From assembly GCA_965205975.1 (NCBI GenBank), contig OZ242195.1, forward strand, positions 3,168,001 to 3,232,000: DNA of 64,000 nucleotides, read 5' to 3'. A model generated the notes under the pieces. It was not told the origin of the DNA, ran no database searches, and saw only the letters and a list, made by a program, of their open reading frames with translations. Made by a program: the position numbers and the translations under genes. Shown piece by piece: positions 37,955 through 48,009 of the stretch. The number at the start of each line of letters is the position of its first letter. The stretch's first letter is position 1. Source of the DNA: Candidatus Latescibacterota bacterium (GTDB taxonomy: Bacteria; Latescibacterota; UBA2968).

Positions 37955-38313
37955 ATGAACCCAATTTCAACTACGACAGAGAAAGTGATACACTCTATAT
38001 TTCATTTGAACCCAATGTTAAAGCAACAGGCATTGCGCTGAATGATCATATCCTACTTCGGATTGATAAGGCCAAACGCAAAGCTGTTGGACTGACATTT
38101 TTCGACTATTCGATTTTGACGCAACAAACGAACATAGGGCCTCGGAGTTTCCCCTTGACGGGCCTGAACGATCTATCCGATGCCCTGAGAGATATGGTTG
38201 TAGATATTCTTCAACGCTCACCCATCAAAGAAATCCTTCCGCTATCGGCCTATACGCCATCTGCCATTGAAATGATTCCCATTACATCACTGATGTTACA
38301 CAGGAAGCATTGA
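37951..38313 (+). CDS. DUF2283-domain protein, putative antitoxin
   Basis: YDRESDTLYISF...ILLRID...VGLT. Confidence 0.75.
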   Translation: MNEPNFNYDRESDTLYISFEPNVKATGIALNDHILLRIDKAKRKAVGLTFFDYSILTQQTNIGPRSFPLTGLNDLSDALRDMVVDILQRSPIKEILPLSAYTPSAIEMIPITSLMLHRKH

Positions 38314-38373
38314 CCTACTACCGCAGTAATACACCATTCACTCGCCTTCATACCCCACTGACAAAGACTATCG

Positions 38374-38407
38374 AAAAAACGGGACACCTGAATCAGGTCC
38401 CGTTTTT
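38374..38407. terminator. Bidirectional terminator
   Basis: AAAAAACGGGAC-ACCTGA..TCAGGT-CCCGTTTTT. Confidence 0.75.
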
Positions 38408-38412
38408 GCTTT

Positions 38413-39525
38413 TTAAGTCATCGGATCTCGTTTGAGCAAAGGCAGTGGATTGGGCGTGACGAGCACACCGCCATTTTCATAGGACTCAATCGCCGCCCAC
38501 GTGTATTCGAGAGCCGCGAGCGAATCGTGACCCGAAGCGCGGAGTTCTTCTCTGGGCACACCATTGGTGACATCCTCGAGAAAGGCGTGGATGCGATTGG
38601 GAAATGTGGTGCCAAAATCGGCAATCCCCGTATCATCAACAATGGGATCGGGCGCAGCACCGTGCGACATATTCTCCGGCATAGGTGCTGTGCCGGGCGC
38701 GGGCCAGAAAGTGATTTTTTCAACGCAATTTTCAATACAAAAAGTCCCGCGCGTACCCGCCACTTCAACGCTCCACCAGCCGCCCAGACCAAAAGTGACA
38801 TCGCCGCGCTGGCTCAGCAAATAACCCATCGCACCGCTTTCAAAACGCACGTGAATACTATTGAGGGAAATCATGAGATCGCCCGCTTGCTTGCGAAAAC
38901 TGGGGCGGTCAAAAAATGCCTGCACATGGGTGATATTCCCGCAAAAATCGCGCATCACGCTAAAAGGATGCGTGAGAAAAGCCTTGACGTGAAAATAGGG
39001 ATGTCCCCACGATTTAGGCCCTTTGCCTGGTCTATAAGTCTCTTCACCACCTGCAAAACCCATCTTGTGAATACAATAAATTTGTTCGCCCACTTTGCCT
39101 TCTGCGATATATTCCCGCGCCTTGTCCGCCGGTTGAGAAAAATAATGGTTGAGATTGCAGCCGAGGTACAGATTTTGTTCTGCGGCATAAGCGACCATAT
39201 CGCGAGCTTCATCAATATCGTTGGACAGGGGTTTTTCACACAAAACGTGTTTGCCAGCGGCGAGAGCCTCCATCGTGGGTTCATAGTGCCAACTGCCATT
39301 CTCATTTCCCCCGGTCGTGACATCGACAATATCCAGATCCTCGTTCCCCAACATATCTTTGAGACTATAATAAGCTTTAACACCGTGTCTTTCCGCAGCC
39401 TTATCCGCGGACTCTTTGACAACATCGCACACCGCAACGAGATCTGCAAGATCGTCTTCTGCATGACAGCCCGCATGCCGGTTGCCAATACCCCCCATAC
39501 CAACAACACCAACTTTAAGTGCCAT
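38413..39525 (-). CDS. Gfo/Idh/MocA oxidoreductase
   Basis: GVVGMGGIG, GKHVLCEKP. Confidence 0.92.
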   Translation of the reverse strand: MALKVGVVGMGGIGNRHAGCHAEDDLADLVAVCDVVKESADKAAERHGVKAYYSLKDMLGNEDLDIVDVTTGGNENGSWHYEPTMEALAAGKHVLCEKPLSNDIDEARDMVAYAAEQNLYLGCNLNHYFSQPADKAREYIAEGKVGEQIYCIHKMGFAGGEETYRPGKGPKSWGHPYFHVKAFLTHPFSVMRDFCGNITHVQAFFDRPSFRKQAGDLMISLNSIHVRFESGAMGYLLSQRGDVTFGLGGWWSVEVAGTRGTFCIENCVEKITFWPAPGTAPMPENMSHGAAPDPIVDDTGIADFGTTFPNRIHAFLEDVTNGVPREELRASGHDSLAALEYTWAAIESYENGGVLVTPNPLPLLKRDPMT

Positions 39526-39684
39526 AAGAATATCTCCTGAAAAAAGTGATTAGTGAATCGCGTAATCTAAAGTATCCCGCGCTCAAACCGCTTGAGCACC
39601 TCGCCCAGTCCGGACAACGGCACCATAAATAACCGAAGATGTGACAATATGCAACTTAAACTTTCAAATTTACCCCATTATCCA

Positions 39685-41424
39685 TTACGCCGCACTCGCC
39701 TTACTCCGAATCTCCGTCATAAGAAAAGGCGTTGCCGCCCGTCCGCCCCCGGGCAGTCCAAGAGGCAATTTCACATCCAGCAAAAAGGGGCGCTCCTCGC
39801 CCTCTACCACATCCAATCCCCGCTCAATAGCATCCTCCAAATCCGATTCCTCATTGACCTGCACCCCCTCCACGCCAAACCCCTCTGCAATTTTCACCGG
39901 ATCAATCCCATCCAGAACCACGCCCGGATATTCTCCCGTCTCCTTCATCACACCGCCCGCCCGCTCAAAATTGGTCGCCACAATCCCATAAGACCGATTA
40001 TTTGGAATCACAAAAAGCACCGGAATCTGGTGGTGGGCAGCCGTCCAAAGCCCGGAATCGGCATAATACATCGACCCATCGCCCACCAGCCCAACCACGG
40101 GCTTGTGCGGCACCGCCAGCTTCAACCCAATCGTACCACCAATCCCATACCCCTCCGATCCTCCGGCCGCCCGGATATAGGCATTGCGCCCCGCGCCATA
40201 AGCATCTCCCCGACTATCTATTGGCAGGGCGTATTGCTCGACCATCATCAAACCACCACCCAACTTCTCCAGCCCCCGATCGATTGCATCCACCAGCACA
40301 TAGGGTCTCACTTGCCCGGCCTCCTGCGCCACGCGCTTTGCCGCTGCTTTTCGCTTTGCGTGAAGAGAAGCAGCGTGCATCTCGGCGCGGGCGAGACGCT
40401 CGGCAAAAGACACCTGAGACGAAGCGCGCTCAAGACATTCAAGCGTCCTGAACTCATCTGCTAAAATCGCGAGATCCAATCCCGGAAGATTCGTAAAATT
40501 CTCGACATCTGGCCCAATCCCAATCAGGCGTTGCGCACCCGACAACGCATTAAAATCCTGGGGTTTCCCGCGACCATTGTGACGCACGCCAATGCACACA
40601 ATCAGATCGGGTGACACCTCGGCAACAGCCTCTGCAATCCGCCCGCAGTGCAGGCTGTGGCTTCGCGGAGTCCTGCGCATCTCCGTCCACGTACCCGCAA
40701 TCGGGCAGCCATACTGCTCTGCCAGCGCCATAACCCGCGCCTCTGCTCCGCTCTTCCAAATACCGTCTCCAACATAAAACAGCGGCCGCTGGGCATCGGA
40801 CAGCGCGCGAATAACGGCTTCGACATCCTCATCTGCCGGATAACCCGCCCGTACGGACTGAATCTCCCCCTCAATAATCTCTGTACTCACCCTATCATTT
40901 CCGAGCAACCGATCGTAAACAGCGAGGTGAACCGGACCGACCGGCGGTGTTTTGGCAACCCGCAACGCGCGCTCAATCGCCTGCGGCAAGCCATCGGATT
41001 CAATCACCGTCCAACTCGCCTTGGTAAAAGGCTCCGCAATCGAAGTTGGCCCCACATTATGCGTCAAATCCAGACCCACCCGGTCTCCATAACTCCCCGT
41101 ATCTCCCGCAAACGTAAGCACCACCACGGGCAGGCTGCCACTCCAAACATTGATCAACTGCCCCAAACACTGCGCCAACCCGGCACCCAGATGCACGACC
41201 ATCACGGCCGGATCGAGATTTCCCTGTGTATATCCCCCCGCCATCGCGGCCACACTCCCCTCGTGAAGCCCCAAAATACCGTGAACATTGGGATTTATGT
41301 GGAGCGCGTCAAAAAAGAGCGCCTCCCGAGAGCCAGAGTTGTTAAACACATACTGCACGCCCAGCGCGGCGAGTTGTTCTACGATAATTTCGGATGGGGT
41401 CGCTGTAATAGATCTCTTTTTCAT
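39685..41424 (-). CDS. Thiamine pyrophosphate-dependent enzyme (benzoylformate decarboxylase-like)
   Basis: LHEGSVAAMAGGY, GDGS...NN TPP motif. Confidence 0.88.
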   Translation of the reverse strand: MKKRSITATPSEIIVEQLAALGVQYVFNNSGSREALFFDALHINPNVHGILGLHEGSVAAMAGGYTQGNLDPAVMVVHLGAGLAQCLGQLINVWSGSLPVVVLTFAGDTGSYGDRVGLDLTHNVGPTSIAEPFTKASWTVIESDGLPQAIERALRVAKTPPVGPVHLAVYDRLLGNDRVSTEIIEGEIQSVRAGYPADEDVEAVIRALSDAQRPLFYVGDGIWKSGAEARVMALAEQYGCPIAGTWTEMRRTPRSHSLHCGRIAEAVAEVSPDLIVCIGVRHNGRGKPQDFNALSGAQRLIGIGPDVENFTNLPGLDLAILADEFRTLECLERASSQVSFAERLARAEMHAASLHAKRKAAAKRVAQEAGQVRPYVLVDAIDRGLEKLGGGLMMVEQYALPIDSRGDAYGAGRNAYIRAAGGSEGYGIGGTIGLKLAVPHKPVVGLVGDGSMYYADSGLWTAAHHQIPVLFVIPNNRSYGIVATNFERAGGVMKETGEYPGVVLDGIDPVKIAEGFGVEGVQVNEESDLEDAIERGLDVVEGEERPFLLDVKLPLGLPGGGRAATPFLMTEIRSKASAA

Positions 41425-41572
41425 AACCCCTCACCTCCTTGGCAATTTGTCCTGAAAAAACCCATTGTGAAGTATGATAACCCCGCGCCCAGAACAGCAC
41501 AAGCAATACCAGAACAGGTGAGATTTCCTTTGTCGCGCTCGGGATGTATTTTATATTGACGGCAAAACCAGC

Positions 41573-41620
41573 GAATAGACGAATAGACGAATAGACGAAT
41601 AGACGAATAGACGAATAGAC
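41573..41620. repeat. Perfect octamer tandem repeat GAATAGAC x6
   Basis: Directly visible in the divergent intergenic region. Confidence 0.95.
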
Positions 41621-41699
41621 GAACCCCGCTCCACCACCCAAAGTTGTTACAATCCCCGTCGTAGATTCGTAGATTCGCGCTTTTCTACAGGAGACCACA

Positions 41700-42782
41700 A
41701 TGAAAATCACAGATATAAAAATGACAGTTGTAAAACAACGCCTGGAGAAACCATTCTGGAACTCGATTGTCACCACGCGTTCCAAGTCCCGCGCCAGATT
41801 GGAGATCTATACAAATGAGGGCCTCACAGGCCTGACCATGTGTTCGGGATCTGTGCGGACAAAGTTGAACACCTTAAAAGAAAAATTGATCGGCGAAGAC
41901 CCCATGCGGATCGCGTATTTGTGGGAAAAACTATTCATGGGCGGCACGCGCAAACCCATTGCCAAAGGCGAATACATCAACGCAATCAGCGCAGCCGACA
42001 ACGCGCTCTGGGACTTAAAGGGCAAAGCACTCAATCAACCCGTATGGAAGCTACTCGGCGGCGTACAAAACAAACTGTGGGCCTATGCCGCGGGGGGATA
42101 TTACGAAGAAGGCAAGGGAATACCAGAACTCTGCGAAGAAATGACAACATATCTAAGCCAGGGATTTCAAGCGGTAAAAATGAAAGTGGGATGGCCGGGC
42201 ATCACATTGAAAGAAGACGCAGAGCGGGTCCGCGCCGTACGCAAAGCCATAGGCGACGACATCGCCCTGATGATCGACGCGAACAATGCCTGGGACGCGC
42301 ATACCGCAATTCGATTCGGACGCATGATCGAACCCTATGATCCCTACTGGTATGAAGAACCTGTGCGCCCGGATGATCTCGAAGGCTCAGCACTGGTTGC
42401 CGAGGCACTGGATTACCCAGTCGCCAGTGGAGAAAACGAAGCCACGCGCTGGGGATTTCGCGACCTGATCGAACGCGGCGGTGTACGCATCGTCCAGGCC
42501 GATCCAAACAACTGCGGCGGAATCAGCGAATGGATGAAAATTGCGGCCATGGCCAGCGCGCATCACCTGCAAATGGCCCCGCATGGGCAGGGAGCCCTGG
42601 GCTGCGTCTTAGTCGCCGCAGTAGATAATGGACTGGTAGTGGAAAATTACCTGCGAAACTTCAGCACAGATATGGTAGGCGATTTAGAATTTAAAGACGG
42701 GCATGTCATTATGAACGACGCACCCGGCCTGGGCATTGAATGGAATGAAGACCTGATCGAAAAGCATGGCGAAAAGTATTAA
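41700..42782 (+). CDS. Mandelate racemase/muconate lactonizing enzyme family protein
   Basis: KMKVG, MIDAN, WYEEP, SGEN. Confidence 0.92.
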   Translation: MKITDIKMTVVKQRLEKPFWNSIVTTRSKSRARLEIYTNEGLTGLTMCSGSVRTKLNTLKEKLIGEDPMRIAYLWEKLFMGGTRKPIAKGEYINAISAADNALWDLKGKALNQPVWKLLGGVQNKLWAYAAGGYYEEGKGIPELCEEMTTYLSQGFQAVKMKVGWPGITLKEDAERVRAVRKAIGDDIALMIDANNAWDAHTAIRFGRMIEPYDPYWYEEPVRPDDLEGSALVAEALDYPVASGENEATRWGFRDLIERGGVRIVQADPNNCGGISEWMKIAAMASAHHLQMAPHGQGALGCVLVAAVDNGLVVENYLRNFSTDMVGDLEFKDGHVIMNDAPGLGIEWNEDLIEKHGEKY

Positions 42783-42798
42783 ATGCCCTGCTCCTCCA

Positions 42799-43899
42799 TC
42801 AATAATCCGACACCGCCCCATCCCGGAGCCTCGCATTCGGCCACTCGAATGGACGCGCTGGATTCTTACCCACCTCGATTGCACGCGCTTCATTGACCTC
42901 GACCCCCAGCCCGGGTCCCTCGGGCAACGACACATAACCTTCGTCATCCATTTCCCAGGTCTTAATCGCCACATCTTCGGGAAGCACACCCGCATACCCC
43001 TCGTGGATCAAAAACATCGGCACCGACGCCGCCACATGCAGGCTCGCCGTCAAACCCAGGTGGGACATCGTGCAATGCGGTGCAATGGGAACAAAATGCG
43101 CTTCGGCGAGTGCAGCCACCTTCTTCATCTGGGTAATCCCCCCACCGTGACCGCAATCCGGCTGAAGCACATCGATCACCTGCGCCTCCAAAATCTCCCG
43201 CACCTCCCAGATCGTGCGATCCCGCTCACCCGTCGCAAGGGGCACCGGCACCATCTCGCGAACCTTCTTCATATTCTCTATATTCCCCGGCACCCAAGCC
43301 TCTTCCAAAAACAGCAAATCATCGGACTTCAAATAGCCCGCAAACTGCCTGACCAAAGGTGGCGGCAAACAGCTATGTGCATCGAACATCACGGCACCAT
43401 CGTGCCCTACCTTCTCCCTCGCATCTTTAATCTTCTGAACAATTGCCTCAATCTCGGCAGGCGTACCCGCAAAATACTGGGCACCGCCCGGTCCCGTCTT
43501 TATCGCCTTTGGACTTGGATACATCCATATCTTATCCCGACACGGACCGCCCAACAGGCGATACACCGGAACCCCGTGCAGCTTGCCACAGATGTCCCAC
43601 AGTGCCATATCAATCGCGGAAATCGTGTGAACCATCAAACCGCCGTTGCGGATATTGCGATGTGCGCGGAACATCCGCTGCCAGAGATGCTCCGTACGCG
43701 TGGGATTCTCTCCAATAATCAACTCGGAAAGCGACTCTGCAAGCGCGCAAGTCACCTTTGTATCCATATTATTGATCTCACCCCAGCCCGTAATCCCGGC
43801 ATTCGTCTCGACCTTGACATATCCCTTCACGCCAATTGGTATCGCAGTCAACCCCGTAACGCGAATACTCGAAGCTCTGTCTTCGTGATCATTGCTCAT
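42799..43899 (-). CDS. Mandelate racemase family protein (galactonate dehydratase-like)
   Basis: DMALWDICGK, FDAH, FLEE, ATGER, QPD, APH. Confidence 0.9.
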   Translation of the reverse strand: MSNDHEDRASSIRVTGLTAIPIGVKGYVKVETNAGITGWGEINNMDTKVTCALAESLSELIIGENPTRTEHLWQRMFRAHRNIRNGGLMVHTISAIDMALWDICGKLHGVPVYRLLGGPCRDKIWMYPSPKAIKTGPGGAQYFAGTPAEIEAIVQKIKDAREKVGHDGAVMFDAHSCLPPPLVRQFAGYLKSDDLLFLEEAWVPGNIENMKKVREMVPVPLATGERDRTIWEVREILEAQVIDVLQPDCGHGGGITQMKKVAALAEAHFVPIAPHCTMSHLGLTASLHVAASVPMFLIHEGYAGVLPEDVAIKTWEMDDEGYVSLPEGPGLGVEVNEARAIEVGKNPARPFEWPNARLRDGAVSDY

Positions 43900-44056
43900 A
43901 AAGTCCTCCTGTGGATAGAATTTAACGCACATACATACTGCTCGAACAGCTTGACCAGACATAATTTAGCGTTTGATAAAAAATATGGTATCTTTATTTT
44001 ACCATGCCAATGATACGCGAGCAGAAAACACCAAACTTTATCCGAGAAACAATAAA

Positions 44057-45889
44057 ATGACCTGTGCAACACTGTCAGTAAAAACGCGCCAACGACCACC
44101 CGACTGGGCCATGCGCCAGCGCCAACTAATAGCGGTAATGGACCGCGCTGCCCAACCTTTTGTCGAACACAGCACCCGCCCGGACGGCACTCTCATCCAG
44201 CGCACGGTGTGGACGAGCATGGACGGCACGGACAACGGCTATGAGGCCTTCCTCTCCTTCCCCCTCTTCTACCTGCTGGGCGGCGGCGAGCACATCCATC
44301 GGATCGCCCGCAAAGAGTGGGACGCCATCACCTATCAGTACGCCAACTACGGCACAGTGGATCGGGAATTCGTCACAGGCTTCGACTGGTTCCACCACTC
44401 CGAGAGCTATACCTACATCTACTATCTGGCCCTGGCCGACCCCGAGAACCACATCGACCGCACCCGCGCCTTGCGCTACGCCGCCATGTACACTGGCGAG
44501 GATCCACTGGCATCCAACTGGGATGCCCAGCACTGCATGATCCGCTCGCCCCTCAACGGCAGCAAAGGACCGCGCTTTGTAACCACCCAGACCGATTGGG
44601 ACTACCACCGCCCCATTCTCTCCGGGTACCTCGCTCCGTATGAAGACATAGAGGGCGCTGACAGTTCTGACCCACTCTTCAAAGTCGATTGGACCGACGA
44701 CCGGGTCTTCGCCCGGGTACTCGACCAGATCAATCAGCGCATGACCCGCGGCGACGTACCCCTCAACCTGTGTGCCACCAGCCTGATCACCAACGCGTAC
44801 CTCTACACAGGCGAAGACAAGTACCGTCAGTGGGTACTGGATTATTTGCGAGCCTGGGCGGCTCGCTGCGCCGCCAATGATGGCATCATGCCCGACAATA
44901 TCGGTCCCAACGGCATCATCGGCGAGTTGATGGGCGGCAAGTGGTGGGGTGGGTACTACGGCTGGCGCTGGCCGCACGGAGCGCGCAATATCGTCGAGCC
45001 AGCCCTGGTGGCCGGCAGTTGCGCCCTGCTCATGACCGGCGACATGTCGCATCTGGACCTGGCCCGCTCACAACTCGATATGCTCTGGGAAAACCGACGC
45101 GAGGAGAACGGCCAGATCCAGGTGCCAGCACGGCACGGCGACCGCGGCTGGTTCGACTTCCGCCCGCCCGATCCCCATTTGTACATCCACCTGTATTACC
45201 TGAGCCAGAGCGCCGAGGACCTAGCCCGTCTCGATGAAGTCTTCCCGGGACGCGAGGGCTTTGCAGGCTTGCCACCCGACTGGGGCGCGGCCAAGGCTGG
45301 TATCTGCCCCCCAAAAGCCTGGTTCGCCTTTACCGAAGGCAAAAATCCCGACTACCTCAACCAGGTATTCGACTCGACCTACTCCAGCATCTGCCGCAGC
45401 CTGGAGCGTTTGGAAAGCGATGACAGCGACCCGGAAACGCGCGAATGCTACCACTTCCAGAAACTCAATCCAGTGCTGCCCGAAGCCCTCATTCAAATGG
45501 CCATGGGCACGCCAGCAGCCATGTACAACGGCGGCATGCTACAGGCCCACTTGCGCTATTTTGACCCACAACACCACCGCCCGGGACTGCCCGAACACGT
45601 CGCGGCTCTGGTTGATCGGGTCAGCGCCGATCAGGTCAGTGTATCGCTGGTAAATACCGATCCGGTGGAGAGCCGAGCCGTACTGCTCCAGGCCGGTTCC
45701 TTTGGCGAGCACTGCTTTACCCGTGCCCGCCTCGAAACCCGTGAAGACGATGACCAATCCGTCGAGGTGAACGGCAAATATCTTCGCGTACATCTGGGTC
45801 CAGGTGCTCAGGCACGCCTGCACCTAAGACTGAAGCGCTTTGCCTTCCAGCCCTCCTATGCCCTCCCACCTTTCGCAGACCTTTTCTGA
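44057..45889 (+). CDS. Hypothetical 610-aa protein, aromatic-rich, GC-richer than flanks
   Basis: Long ORF with strong C/G third-position bias; motifs DNGYE, DWFHHSE, PDNIG, KWWGGYYGWRWPHG. Confidence 0.8.
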   Translation: MTCATLSVKTRQRPPDWAMRQRQLIAVMDRAAQPFVEHSTRPDGTLIQRTVWTSMDGTDNGYEAFLSFPLFYLLGGGEHIHRIARKEWDAITYQYANYGTVDREFVTGFDWFHHSESYTYIYYLALADPENHIDRTRALRYAAMYTGEDPLASNWDAQHCMIRSPLNGSKGPRFVTTQTDWDYHRPILSGYLAPYEDIEGADSSDPLFKVDWTDDRVFARVLDQINQRMTRGDVPLNLCATSLITNAYLYTGEDKYRQWVLDYLRAWAARCAANDGIMPDNIGPNGIIGELMGGKWWGGYYGWRWPHGARNIVEPALVAGSCALLMTGDMSHLDLARSQLDMLWENRREENGQIQVPARHGDRGWFDFRPPDPHLYIHLYYLSQSAEDLARLDEVFPGREGFAGLPPDWGAAKAGICPPKAWFAFTEGKNPDYLNQVFDSTYSSICRSLERLESDDSDPETRECYHFQKLNPVLPEALIQMAMGTPAAMYNGGMLQAHLRYFDPQHHRPGLPEHVAALVDRVSADQVSVSLVNTDPVESRAVLLQAGSFGEHCFTRARLETREDDDQSVEVNGKYLRVHLGPGAQARLHLRLKRFAFQPSYALPPFADLF

Positions 45890-45972
45890 GGAAAACAGCG
45901 AGACTGCGTCAGCACGCCGCGGAGCACCAGATAGCCCTGTAAATCGAACAAATATCTCTCTTCGTCAGTCAT
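45856..45972 (-). pseudogene. Truncated phytanoyl-CoA dioxygenase N-terminus
   Basis: MTDEERYLFDLQGYLVLRGVLT with GAGGGG RBS; similarity lost after about 22 codons. Confidence 0.6.
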
Positions 45973-45982
45973 ACAATTCCCC

Positions 45983-46816
45983 TCATTTATACTTCGCCCA
46001 ATTTTCTTCAATACGCGAAATATCCGTTCTACCACAAAAAACAAACAACCGATACTCACTCGCGGTCGTCTCTCCCTGTGTTAGCGTCCAGGGACCAGCA
46101 ATACAGCGGCTGGGCACAATGCCGAGTTGCCCGTCAACGCGCCAGGGATTGGGGTATTCGGGGTTGGTGGGATGATCCATCATCGCAATGCCTGCCCAGT
46201 CGGCGCGACCTTCGATAGGGATGGAAACAGAAACCCATTGTGCGCGTTGTCCTTCAGCGTCGCGATTGATCTGGCCCTCACTGTTGATGGCCTCGCCTCC
46301 AAGGTCTCTTTTAAAGGGCATACGAAGAAAGAGACCGCCATAGGCGTATTCGCCAAAAGTGAGATCAACTGAAGCGGTGAGAGACCATGTAATATCAATA
46401 TCGTACGTATCGCCCTGATCGGTGAAAGTCCATGCCTGTACTTCGGTGAGCATGGGCGCACCATTGGGATCTCGCCATTCGCTGGTAACAGTCCAGGTAG
46501 CAGTGTTATTATGCACACCTGCATTGCTAATCGGTTCGGGGTGAAAAGTCCCATCCTGATCTTTGCGCCGCTCCTGTAGTCCCTCTGTCCAGAACCCCAC
46601 CCCGTTGACCTCGTTGAGACCTACATAAAGACCGTGCTGCCAGGGATGGTGCGAGGGGGTGTCCTCGGTGAGAATACCATTGCCATCGGGCGCCACAATA
46701 GGATGAATATAGGCGCGAGTATCAGCTTTGGCGCGCTGAACGAGAATGGGATCTTTTTGTCCGCTGCGGAATATTTCAACGCGATCTGGTATTGCTCTTT
46801 GTTTGAGCTCAGTCAT
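45983..46816 (-). CDS. DUF6807/PmoA-like family protein
   Basis: YIHPI..PDG..LT, HHPWQHGL, YGGLFLRM, DHPTNP. Confidence 0.75.
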   Translation of the reverse strand: MTELKQRAIPDRVEIFRSGQKDPILVQRAKADTRAYIHPIVAPDGNGILTEDTPSHHPWQHGLYVGLNEVNGVGFWTEGLQERRKDQDGTFHPEPISNAGVHNNTATWTVTSEWRDPNGAPMLTEVQAWTFTDQGDTYDIDITWSLTASVDLTFGEYAYGGLFLRMPFKRDLGGEAINSEGQINRDAEGQRAQWVSVSIPIEGRADWAGIAMMDHPTNPEYPNPWRVDGQLGIVPSRCIAGPWTLTQGETTASEYRLFVFCGRTDISRIEENWAKYK

Positions 46817-46859
46817 TATTCTCCTCGGATTCAATTCAGATTTTGGAAAACGCGAACTT

Positions 46860-47462
46860 CTATGGCCTTTCGGGCAAATCAACACCCGCAAACCCCGCCA
46901 TTTGCGCAACCATGCGATAGGTCAGCCCCCACAGCACGGGGCGATTGGCACCGAGCAACTCAATAGCCGGCATATTGCGCCAACCTTCGAGATTGAGCGT
47001 TTGCCACCGCGCGGAATCGACGAAATGTGCAAAAGGCGTCCAGAAAACATCGCGCACCTCGTCGTTGGGCGCAACCTCAACGCCTTCAGAAATCGCATAA
47101 ACAAAACAGGCCACCTGGATGGGCAGCGTCGCGCCCGCGACATCGTCCAGACGACCGAGATACTGCACGTTGCTCAGATCGAGACCGAGTTCCTCGCGGG
47201 TCTCGCGCTCAGCCGTGTATTTGAGATCGGGATCATCGGGTTCGGCCGTGCCACCGGGAAAGGCAATATGTCCCGACCATGGATCTTTGGGGTGTGCAGC
47301 ACGCTCGATAAAAAGAAGATAGAGATCATCCCGTCTCGGATGAAAAACCGCAGCAACAGCCGCCTGCGTCTTATTAGTCTCCGAACAAATACTGGGCTGA
47401 TACGCCGACAGAGATGTCACAATCCTTTGAAAGATATTCATAAGTTCCGCACCCGCCGTCAC
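46860..47462 (-). CDS. Nudix CoA pyrophosphatase
   Basis: WSGHIAFPGG, TAERETREELG, LWGLT. Confidence 0.9.
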   Translation of the reverse strand: MTAGAELMNIFQRIVTSLSAYQPSICSETNKTQAAVAAVFHPRRDDLYLLFIERAAHPKDPWSGHIAFPGGTAEPDDPDLKYTAERETREELGLDLSNVQYLGRLDDVAGATLPIQVACFVYAISEGVEVAPNDEVRDVFWTPFAHFVDSARWQTLNLEGWRNMPAIELLGANRPVLWGLTYRMVAQMAGFAGVDLPERP

Positions 47463-47974
47463 GTCAACTCACTCATCCGAAACAACGCGCGAAGTTCAAT
47501 ACCCTCTTTGGCGAGATTCTCTGTGCCACCGGACTCGCGGTCAATCACACATATCGCCTGTGAAACGCGCGCCCCCAGATTGCGAAGGTCCCGGGTGGAA
47601 AGAACAACTTGCCCGCCAGAAGTGACCACATCTTCAACAACCAGCAGATTCTTGCCAGATATATCAACACCCTCGGCGAGTTTACAAGTACCATAAGTCT
47701 TGGCCTCTTTTCGCACAAAACACGTGGGCAGCCCGGACAACTGAGAAAGCATAGTCGCAATCGGCACACCACCGAGTTCGAGACCCGCGAGAACATCTGT
47801 ATTGTCGGGAATCAAAGGCTGGAGATGCGCGGCGAGTTCGCATAGAAATTCGGGACGGGTTTCAAACTGATACTTATCGAAATACTCTGTCGCAATCGCA
47901 CCAGAGCGCAACGTAAACTGTCCGGTCAAATGAGAAGTCTGATAAATGCGATGCGCGAGTTCAGATCGGGTCAT
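47459..47974 (-). CDS. pyrE: Orotate phosphoribosyltransferase
   Basis: FTLRSG, YFDKY, VRKEAKTYG, VVEDVVTSGG. Confidence 0.93.
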   Translation of the reverse strand: MTRSELAHRIYQTSHLTGQFTLRSGAIATEYFDKYQFETRPEFLCELAAHLQPLIPDNTDVLAGLELGGVPIATMLSQLSGLPTCFVRKEAKTYGTCKLAEGVDISGKNLLVVEDVVTSGGQVVLSTRDLRNLGARVSQAICVIDRESGGTENLAKEGIELRALFRMSELT

Positions 47975-48009
47975 CGTGGTCCCTCCAGTGTTCATTAAAA
48001 ATTAAAACA

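Noticed and set aside
41573..41620. Possible CRISPR array
   Set aside because: Contiguous 8-bp units with no spacers and no cas genes in the window
42766..44013. 415-aa plus-strand ORF
   Set aside because: Antisense to a clear enolase-superfamily gene
45983..46816. Methane monooxygenase subunit
   Set aside because: Soluble DUF6807-type protein with no TM helices and no pmoB/pmoC; the family name is misleading
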